Positions 54,604-61,801 of a stretch of 61,801 bases of DNA are shown one piece after another. Origin of the DNA: a virus. Lineage: Duplodnaviria > Caudoviricetes. The notes beneath the pieces are model-generated. The model was not told the origin of the DNA. It made no database searches and saw only the letters and a list, made by a program, of their open reading frames with translations. Location: IMG/VR virus record IMGVR_UViG_3300033076_001439, positions 1-61,801 of that record. One strand, written 5' to 3'. How positions within the stretch are numbered: the stretch's first letter is position 1; each line of letters begins with the position of its first letter. The position numbers and the translations under genes were made by a program.

Positions 54604-57077
54604 TATTTGATCAGAGCTCGCAGTTGAGTTGGGTTGAATGCATCGACTTTACCATTGGGCAGACGCAAATACACCACGGCCCGCGGGTCTTGGAGCTTGC
54701 CCACTGTGCTGCCCAAGAAGGTGAACATGGACTGCTGCTGTGCTGGATCGGTCGGGACCTGGAATGGGTCGTTCTGCGTCCCAGTGTTCGGGGTCCGCAT
54801 GACGTAGTCGTTCTTCTCGTAGCCCAATTGAGTGAGGACCTGCTGACGAGCGTTGCGCAGCATGGCTTCCATACTGCCGAATTGTTTGGCGGCAAGTTCC
54901 TTGTCAGCAAAGAACTTGACTGGGTCAGAGATTCCCTTGGCGGTATCACGTGCCCATTCCTGTTCCTGCACCGCGACTCGGCCACCGTCGTTGGCCGAAG
55001 CGATGTTCTTCAGCACCGAGTTCATGCCAGTGCTGATGCGGGTAGCGGCATCGGCTGTGTCAAAGTTGGGTTTGACCAGCCCTGTTGGATCGACAGGAAC
55101 CAGCAGGTTGTTGACCTTGTCCGAGAACCACGCGCCGGGGCCATAGGCACTGGTGTAGACGCTCTTGAGGTTGTCCAGCGTGGACAGACTATTGTCCAGC
55201 GAGCGCAATGTGCTGCCCAGCTTGACGCGCTCGCTTTTGTCTGTTTCCACAGTCGTTGGGGCCTGGCCACGGTTCTCGACGTACGGGTTGTCAGTGTCGC
55301 GCAGCGTGAAACGGCTGCCGACTGCCGATTTGACGGTTGGGTCTTCTGCATCGATCCCAGTGCCGACAAATGATCCGCCCTTGGTCTTGGTGATGCGCAG
55401 GCCCATGCCGCCGTCTTCGGTGACCCCGCCGCCTTGCTTGGCTTGTTCCTTGAGAATGTCGTAGTCGCCCTTGAGCATCTGCAGTTTGAGCGCCTGGGCA
55501 TACTTGTCCTGGGCATCCACATCGCTGATGGCTTGTTGCAAGGCAGCAGTCTTGACCTTCAGGCCCAGTTCGCGCTCCTGCGCAGCAATGGCAGCAAAAC
55601 CCTTTGGCACACCGGCCATGGCCTCGCCCAGCGCCATGGCAAAAGTGGGCTTGGCAGTACCTGCCAGCTTGAACCCAGCTTCGGCCAGAAGCAGCAGTGC
55701 GTTGGTCTTGGCCGACTCTTTGTCGCCGCCCAAGAGTTCCTGATACAGGGGGGCGTATTCGGCTTGCGCCTCCTTGATCCGCGCCATCTTGGTCTTTTCC
55801 TTGACCGCTTCCTTGATGGCTCCAGCAACGCCTTCTTCTTTCTTAGGCGCAGCTTCCAAACGGCTTCGGATGAAATCCCCCAACTCATCGGTTGGAGCGG
55901 CTTCAGCAGGAGCGGTTTCTGGTGCCACAGCAGCCGGAGCAGAGACGGCCATCGGGGCAGCCATGGGAATAGGCATGGCAGGTTCGCCGGGGCGCTGTTG
56001 CGTGCCAGCCCCCATGTCCAGGGACATGCTGACAGGGCGCTGGCCTGCTGCCACCAACTCTTCACGGGTGTCTGTTGGAATCTGGCTGGCCAGCTCACTG
56101 CCCATAGGTTGGCCAGGAGCTCCTTTTGGAGCAGCCGCCAAGCCCATCATGCCTGCAACAGGCAAAGCCATCTGAGCGGCACGGGGGTACTGCTCAGCCA
56201 AGCGCATGGCGCTTTCAGACATTCCCTGGGTGAGGGTTGGATACATCAGGTTGCCGCCGCGCTGAACTTGCTCGGCCACAAACTTGCCGCCAGGGCCACG
56301 CAGGTTTTCCAAATAGGGCTGCGACATTGAAGGCTGCATGAACATGCGGCCCAAAGCAGTGTTGGCTGCCGCGCCGTACTGGCTGGCCTTGTCGCCCATG
56401 AACTGAGCTGCACGCATGGCAGGAGTGATCAACGCACCGATCGCAGCATGCATCGGAGGCATGCCGTCATGTGTTGGGGGTTCGACCGATCCGCCGTGCG
56501 CGTAGCCCACCGGAATATCCGAGTAGCCAGGCATCATGGCGGGGGCGTTGCTGACGTCGCCGCCGTAGGCATAACCTTGTGGGGCCTCAGCCCCCTGGGA
56601 AAAAGGGGGCGCACTCTCCATGCCCTGGGGCATGGAAATACCACCCTGAGGCATGGCCGGAGCAGGTTGAGGGGCACCCATTTGACCGGGAGCAGCGGCT
56701 TCCGCGCCAGGAGGCATCATGCCTTGGGCCTGGGGCAGCGCACCGATACCACCGGCCTGGGCCGACAGTTGAGGCTGCAGCATGGCCAAAACCTCAGGAG
56801 GTGTTTCCATGGCGGCTTCTTCACCCACCATCTGCGCCAGCTCCATGTAGCGAGCATCCACCGAGCGCATGTCGCCGCGCAGGGTGTTCATCAGGATTTC
56901 AGGATTTTGGGGCGTACGTGCCATCGGAGGCATTTCCTCCATGTCGGCGTTTTCGTCCACATCAGGCGTCTCGCCTGGCTCCTCTTCCATGTCGAAGCCT
57001 GCCATGATGCCCGAGTTGCGAGCATCCTTGGACAGGGGCATTGCAAACATCGCCCGCTTGAGGATTTCTTTGTTCAT
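54603..57077 (-). CDS. Internal virion/ejection protein
   Basis: 824 aa, M/P/A-rich N-half with YAYGG and YAHGG. Confidence 0.7.
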   Translation of the reverse strand: MNKEILKRAMFAMPLSKDARNSGIMAGFDMEEEPGETPDVDENADMEEMPPMARTPQNPEILMNTLRGDMRSVDARYMELAQMVGEEAAMETPPEVLAMLQPQLSAQAGGIGALPQAQGMMPPGAEAAAPGQMGAPQPAPAMPQGGISMPQGMESAPPFSQGAEAPQGYAYGGDVSNAPAMMPGYSDIPVGYAHGGSVEPPTHDGMPPMHAAIGALITPAMRAAQFMGDKASQYGAAANTALGRMFMQPSMSQPYLENLRGPGGKFVAEQVQRGGNLMYPTLTQGMSESAMRLAEQYPRAAQMALPVAGMMGLAAAPKGAPGQPMGSELASQIPTDTREELVAAGQRPVSMSLDMGAGTQQRPGEPAMPIPMAAPMAVSAPAAVAPETAPAEAAPTDELGDFIRSRLEAAPKKEEGVAGAIKEAVKEKTKMARIKEAQAEYAPLYQELLGGDKESAKTNALLLLAEAGFKLAGTAKPTFAMALGEAMAGVPKGFAAIAAQERELGLKVKTAALQQAISDVDAQDKYAQALKLQMLKGDYDILKEQAKQGGGVTEDGGMGLRITKTKGGSFVGTGIDAEDPTVKSAVGSRFTLRDTDNPYVENRGQAPTTVETDKSERVKLGSTLRSLDNSLSTLDNLKSVYTSAYGPGAWFSDKVNNLLVPVDPTGLVKPNFDTADAATRISTGMNSVLKNIASANDGGRVAVQEQEWARDTAKGISDPVKFFADKELAAKQFGSMEAMLRNARQQVLTQLGYEKNDYVMRTPNTGTQNDPFQVPTDPAQQQSMFTFLGSTVGKLQDPRAVVYLRLPNGKVDAFNPTQLRALIK

Positions 57078-57086
57078 GTCGTGTCC

Positions 57087-58310
57087 TTACAGAAGACCTG
57101 CTCTGTTTGCAGCGGCGGCGGTGCCCATGGCACCTGTGGCCAGGCCAGCAATTTGTTGGAAAGGGCTTGGCGTGGCAGTTGCCTGCTGGCTCAGGGCCAT
57201 CTGCGAGGACGGAGCGCCCTTGTAGATGTCGGACATGAAGGCCAGCTTCTGGAACGGCTGCATGGCGGTCTGCATGGCAGATGCGCGTTCCGCGTCCAGT
57301 TTTGCCTGTTCCGCCCGCTGCTGCTCTGTGCCCAGGTTGTACAGGAAGTTGACATCGGTGATGCCCATCTGCTGACCTGTCTGACCCAGCGCTGCTTGCT
57401 GAACGCCCAAGTTGCCGATCTGAGAGCCCAAAGAGCCGAGGCCCGAGGCAGTCTGTGCACCAATACCGAACTGCTGGCCTGCCAGCGATCCAATACCTTG
57501 CGCCAGGCCCTGGCCCAGTTGAGACTGCTGGCCATAAATGTTGGCCTGTTGGGCAGCAATATTGCCGTACATGGGAGCCAAGTTGGCGATCTGAGCCGAT
57601 GCCTGGCCCTGACGGCCTTGCTGTGCCTCGAAAGCCTGCTGGGCCTGCTGCTGGGCAATGCCGTAGCCCTGCGCCAAAGCGTTTGTAATGGCCGCGTTGC
57701 GTTGCCCGGCCAACCCGCGCTCCATTTCGGCACGCTGAATGCCTTCGCGAGAGCCGCCAAACGCGCCTGCTCGGACAGCTTGGCCTTGCATTTCCTGGCG
57801 AGCAATGTCCCCCTGGCGGTTGATCTGGCGCATCGACTCGTCGATGACCTGCTGCTGATAGGGGTTCATGAACTGCTGGGCCATGCGGGGGTCATACTGA
57901 CCCATGGCTCCATACAGGCCACCAATGCCTTGAGCGATCAGGCCAGTGCCCTGACCTGCCTGTTGCGCCAGACCACCCATTTCCTGGATGGGCTGGTATG
58001 CCTGATTCATTGCGGCCTGTGCTGCAGCGAACTGGCCACGAGTATCTGCGCCACGCAGGATGTCGGCGGCTTCCGCCGTCGTGCCCATGCCTGCGCCAAT
58101 TCCGCGAGAACCTGCTTCCAGGAAAGGCTTGTAGCCGCCAATGCCTGCGGCACCTAGTCGGGTAGCTTCCTGTTGAAGCTGCTGCTGACCAGCGACTTGG
58201 TACTGAGGCAGAGTAGGCATTTGCAGACCTGCTGCGGCCCGCATCAGGTCTACTTTTGCTGTTTCAATCGGTAGCGCTTCGCGTACCGTTTGTATGGTTT
58301 CTTCAGCCAT
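57087..58310 (-). CDS. Internal virion (DNA transfer) protein
   Basis: Q/G/A-rich; FMNPYQQQVID, AGAFGGSR. Confidence 0.7.
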   Translation of the reverse strand: MAEETIQTVREALPIETAKVDLMRAAAGLQMPTLPQYQVAGQQQLQQEATRLGAAGIGGYKPFLEAGSRGIGAGMGTTAEAADILRGADTRGQFAAAQAAMNQAYQPIQEMGGLAQQAGQGTGLIAQGIGGLYGAMGQYDPRMAQQFMNPYQQQVIDESMRQINRQGDIARQEMQGQAVRAGAFGGSREGIQRAEMERGLAGQRNAAITNALAQGYGIAQQQAQQAFEAQQGRQGQASAQIANLAPMYGNIAAQQANIYGQQSQLGQGLAQGIGSLAGQQFGIGAQTASGLGSLGSQIGNLGVQQAALGQTGQQMGITDVNFLYNLGTEQQRAEQAKLDAERASAMQTAMQPFQKLAFMSDIYKGAPSSQMALSQQATATPSPFQQIAGLATGAMGTAAAANRAGLL

Positions 58311-58313
58311 GGA

Positions 58314-60458
58314 TCATCCTCGTGTAGCGTTTTTCTCAAGACGGTGCATCAGTGCATACATCTTCTTTGCGCCGTCCCGGCGGCTACCGTTTCCTGCGCC
58401 GCGGACCGCTTTGGCAGTCATCACAAATTCGCCGTCGGAAAGCATGGCAGGGATATCGTCAGAGGTCTCGGTCCCAGGGCCTTCAATTTGACCATTGCGT
58501 CGAGGATACCCGCCTGCAGCCAAATTGGCAATCCCGCCCGCGGCTCTTCTCATGGGTTGACGAGCAGAAGCGTATTGAGGAGGAGGCAGGACGTTGCCGT
58601 ACATCGAATATGTGTTGTAGGGCTGGGGGATTGGAATGCCAGGGGTTCCTGTCATTGGAGCAGGCAAGTAGCTTCCGCCGCCAACGGTGTAGGAAGGGCC
58701 GGTGGGCTCGACCACTGTGGGCTTGGTGAAGGCACCTGCAGACTCTGGTGTCCAAGGAGCCCACGATGTGATCTGGCCCTTGTCGTTGTAAGTTGCACCG
58801 TACCGCTCAAAGCCCTGAGGCGAGAACATGCCGGGGTTTTCCTGCATCATCTGGTTCTCTTTTGCGACACGGTCTTCCATGACATCGATCAGCGGAACTG
58901 CGCTTCTGTCCACAGGCTTTGGAGTGAACCCGCCGCTCAGGGCCAGTGCGCCGATGCCCAGGCCGACGGCAGGGCCGTAGGTAGACAGCATTCCAGGCAT
59001 TGCAGCTTGATAGGCTTTTCCCAACACCGAAGATGCAGGGGCATTCATGACCTGTTCTGCGGTAGCTGTCGGGAACTGCTTTAGCACTTTGGCCATGGCA
59101 TCTTGTTGGCCTGCTTCTTGAATGCCAGAAGGAGAGATGTTCTTGGTGTAGAAATCCTTTGCCTGGTCGAAATAGGAAGGGCCACTTGTTCCGGGAGCCA
59201 CGGCCCCAGGCTCGCGGGCCACGGTATCTGCCAGTGCTTGGGTGTAATTGCTCGGGGCTTGTGTAGCAGGATAGCCTTCAAACTGTGGGCCCGAAACAGG
59301 GGCCGTGGCTCCCGGAGCAGCACTGACGGTTTCCGGGGTCAGTACTGGTGGAGGAGCAGCAGCGCCTGTGGCCTGGCCTACGGCCTCGCCAGGAGTAGCA
59401 ACCTTGGCCAAGGAGCCTTCGGCGGCAGTGGCATCAATGCCTGGTGCAGCAGATGGGCTGACCATGTCCTTGAGCTGATCAAATCGCCCAGCAATAGTAG
59501 TGGGACCTGTGTAGCTGCCTGAAGCAAGGGCGGAGGTACCGCCCATCACAACCGAACCTGCGCCCGCTGTCAGACCGCCCACTGCGCCTGCCTTCAAGGC
59601 ATCGCGCAGACTTCCGCCCCCGGCCAAAGTAGCGCCAGCAGAGCCTACAAAACCGCTGACTGCGGCCACGCCTGCTGCAGAACTCACGCCCAAGAAGTTG
59701 GCAGCCGCTGGGCCCAAGAAGAAGCCCAGGGCCACGGTTGTGATGATCTTGCCGATAGTACTGCTGGCAAATTTCTTGACCGTATTGACCACGCCTTTGA
59801 CCACGCCAGAGATGGCTTTGCCTACGCTTTTAAATACCTTACCCACTGCCTTGACGATTTTTTTCAAGAAGAACTCAGGCAGGCCGGTGTGGGGGTTGGT
59901 GGTGCCGGAGCCGCCCCGGCGGCGCAGCATCCGCGCCTCTGCAGGGGTGATGTGGGCTAGCATGGTGTCGCCGTTTCGGCCATAGCTGGCAATTGCTTTG
60001 GCAATCGGTTTGAGCTCCGCAATACCGCCTTTGGCAAACGCCTGGGGACCTGCGGGGGCCGCGATCATCTGGTCAATGGCCATGTTAAATGCGGCAAAGA
60101 ATTCAGGATCAAACTGCTCCGGCAACACGTCTTCTGGCACACCCGCCTTGATGAACTCCTGGCGTGTTTCCTCGTAATTCTCAGGATTGGCCAAAATCTC
60201 ATCAACCATGTCGTTCAGCGCATCGAGAACCTCGGGCGGCAGGCTCAAGGCCTCGAGCTGCTGCTTGAACTGGGCTACGGCTTCGGGATCGATTTGCTCG
60301 GCTCCCGCCAGCATTTCATCGCTGAATTCCTTGGGGGAGATGGTCTGGCGCATCTGTTCATAAACCGCCGCTGCCTCAGGGGGCATGCCGCCTGCACCTG
60401 CCATTTCTGGGGGCATCAGGTCTTGACGAGGGGCCATGTTCATAGATTGGGGTGCCAT
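58314..60458 (-). CDS. Virion protein with GG motifs and two DxxxAx[LI][ST]xxE modules
   Basis: FAKGG...GDTMLAHITPAE; LAAGG...GPGTETSDDIPAMLSDGEFV. Confidence 0.72.
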   Translation of the reverse strand: MAPQSMNMAPRQDLMPPEMAGAGGMPPEAAAVYEQMRQTISPKEFSDEMLAGAEQIDPEAVAQFKQQLEALSLPPEVLDALNDMVDEILANPENYEETRQEFIKAGVPEDVLPEQFDPEFFAAFNMAIDQMIAAPAGPQAFAKGGIAELKPIAKAIASYGRNGDTMLAHITPAEARMLRRRGGSGTTNPHTGLPEFFLKKIVKAVGKVFKSVGKAISGVVKGVVNTVKKFASSTIGKIITTVALGFFLGPAAANFLGVSSAAGVAAVSGFVGSAGATLAGGGSLRDALKAGAVGGLTAGAGSVVMGGTSALASGSYTGPTTIAGRFDQLKDMVSPSAAPGIDATAAEGSLAKVATPGEAVGQATGAAAPPPVLTPETVSAAPGATAPVSGPQFEGYPATQAPSNYTQALADTVAREPGAVAPGTSGPSYFDQAKDFYTKNISPSGIQEAGQQDAMAKVLKQFPTATAEQVMNAPASSVLGKAYQAAMPGMLSTYGPAVGLGIGALALSGGFTPKPVDRSAVPLIDVMEDRVAKENQMMQENPGMFSPQGFERYGATYNDKGQITSWAPWTPESAGAFTKPTVVEPTGPSYTVGGGSYLPAPMTGTPGIPIPQPYNTYSMYGNVLPPPQYASARQPMRRAAGGIANLAAGGYPRRNGQIEGPGTETSDDIPAMLSDGEFVMTAKAVRGAGNGSRRDGAKKMYALMHRLEKNATRG

Positions 60459-60505
60459 AGGAAATCCTTATGCCGTGCGCAGCAGGTAAAAGTGTTGAAA
60501 TCGTA

Positions 60506-61381
60506 TCATGCGGGGAGCGCCGAGACAAATGTCGCTGTCAGGATGACGGACGGGGAAATTGGGTGGACTGGGGCCGTTCCCGCCGGATATGTGGCACAGA
60601 CGCTGTTGCCTGTGTTGGAAGCAAAGTACAGTTCCACATAATCCGCCACGTCCACATCAATAATGATGTTCCAGGTCACAATGACCGCGCCCGGGGATGA
60701 CCCGTGCTTGGCGTTGACTTGCCCCACCCCCGCGCTGTATGGGATATCCGTGCCATTTTTCTTCCACCACAGCGTCACGTTGTCTTCAGCGGAAGTGAAG
60801 TTAAGTATCTGTGCGCTGAACATGAAGTTGTACACGCCCGCCGTTGTGCACACCACCCGGGTAGGGTTTGTGGTGCTCAGCTCCATCCCGTAACTGGCAT
60901 CTGTCGCCGTGAAAGGCAGCGCAATCGCGCTGGTCGAAGATGCCGTTCCGATGGCCTCTGTTACAGGAACTCCGGCAGTGTGTGCCACATTGGTTGTTCC
61001 AAAGACGCCGCGAGTAATGCCCGTGAAAGAAGTTGAGGTCTTGCCGGTGTAGGCAATCAGCTCACTTTCAATCAGCACATATCCCGGAGCCAGGAACTGA
61101 TCAGTGGATGTGACTTGGATGGCCGCAGTGGACACGTTGGTCATGTTGGCCGTCAGCGTCGTGGCACCATCCTGGTGGAATGCCCCGTATGGAACGAGGA
61201 GCGTGGCAGTGGTGGCTTTTGCCTCAAGCTGCGCCAGTGCGCTTTCTAATCGGTTGAAGTACAGGCGCAAGACGTTGTTCAACTGATCCTGATACTGACG
61301 TGAGTAGTCCTCCGTGGCAAGCGGCAAGTTGGGTGCGGGCACCCGCTTGAGGTCTACCTCGGTAGTGACCAGGAAAGTCAT
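60506..61381 (-). CDS. Tail-associated protein with C1q-like C-terminal domain
   Basis: NVLRLYFN, PYGAF, GVYNFMFSAQ; inserted ITRG..GT...HTAG module. Confidence 0.65.
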   Translation of the reverse strand: MTFLVTTEVDLKRVPAPNLPLATEDYSRQYQDQLNNVLRLYFNRLESALAQLEAKATTATLLVPYGAFHQDGATTLTANMTNVSTAAIQVTSTDQFLAPGYVLIESELIAYTGKTSTSFTGITRGVFGTTNVAHTAGVPVTEAIGTASSTSAIALPFTATDASYGMELSTTNPTRVVCTTAGVYNFMFSAQILNFTSAEDNVTLWWKKNGTDIPYSAGVGQVNAKHGSSPGAVIVTWNIIIDVDVADYVELYFASNTGNSVCATYPAGTAPVHPISPSVILTATFVSALPA

Positions 61382-61801
61382 CGGCGGCCATCCTGTCGGA
61401 TATCAATACGTGGTGCTCCGAGCTGCCACGCGGTGTTGAGCTGATCGGACTCCACCTTCAAAATCATCTGACGTGCACGAATGCGCGTGTAAATTTGTCC
61501 CGTGAATTCTTCAGTGATGACGTAGCTCGATCCCTTTAGAACCGCCTGGCCCGCCTGATCATATACACCGCTGCCTGAGTTATACAGGCCGTACAAAGTC
61601 ATGGTGACCTGTGCAGGCGTATTCCCATCCGATGTGGAGTTCTCAAACGTCAAATCAGGCAGTATGCGCCATACAAACCCGAAGTTGTGGCCGTCATCGA
61701 TGTCGAATTCCGAAGAGGAGATAAACGCTGAAATGGGAAGCTCGGTCCCCGTTTCGTTGTCATTGTTCCCCTGCTCGTGGTTGACAATATTGTTACTGTA
61801 C
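61378..61801 (-). CDS. 3' part of the tail tubular/nozzle gene that begins at 1632
   Basis: YSNNIVNHEQG...SSEFDIDDGHNFGFVWRILPD...PRIDIRQDGRR*. Confidence 0.8.
   Translation of the reverse strand, partial: YSNNIVNHEQGNNDNETGTELPISAFISSSEFDIDDGHNFGFVWRILPDLTFENSTSDGNTPAQVTMTLYGLYNSGSGVYDQAGQAVLKGSSYVITEEFTGQIYTRIRARQMILKVESDQLNTAWQLGAPRIDIRQDGRR

Noticed and set aside
11959-58157. Long opposite-strand ORFs (e.g. 11959-13164, 14537-15691, 18517-19887, 41614-42711, 48723-49838, 56448-58157)
   Set aside because: Antisense shadows of high-GC3 genes with no recognisable motifs.

Overview
The window is an essentially complete ~61.8-kb tailed dsDNA phage genome with a podovirus-type gene set. It is opened inside a tail gene that runs off position 1 and resumes at position 61801. 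Minus-strand late modules encode an HNH-AP2 endonuclease, terminase large subunit, a 1457-aa lytic-transglycosylase virion protein, portal, GroES, scaffold, a Mu-gpT-like major capsid protein, adaptors, tail fibres, holin and a GH108 lysozyme (1-27.2 kb), plus large internal/ejection proteins (50.7-61.8 kb). Small early genes diverge from an AT-rich region at ~32.3 kb. The replication module (41-50.6 kb) has family A DNA polymerase, UvrD-like helicase, AEP primase, SSB, SNF2 helicase and a PD-(D/E)xK nuclease. I see no integrase, RNA polymerase, tRNA or CRISPR array. A betaproteobacterial host is only an inference from the AGAAAGGA-type Shine-Dalgarno. The main findings are: (1) the helicase Walker A motif is split by an in-frame 6-nt insert with a stop (GPP-TAA-CTA-GSGKTT) directly after a strong hairpin, a candidate programmed ribosomal stop-hop; (2) a recurrent [FYLMRA]-[AKRS]-x-G-G motif bounds modules in several virion proteins, a candidate processing or packaging code; (3) seven promoter/leader cassettes share GAAAGGATA(G); (4) twin LysR/OxyR-like operators; (5) a structured RNA downstream of the capsid gene. 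All family names come from recalled motifs, not database searches.
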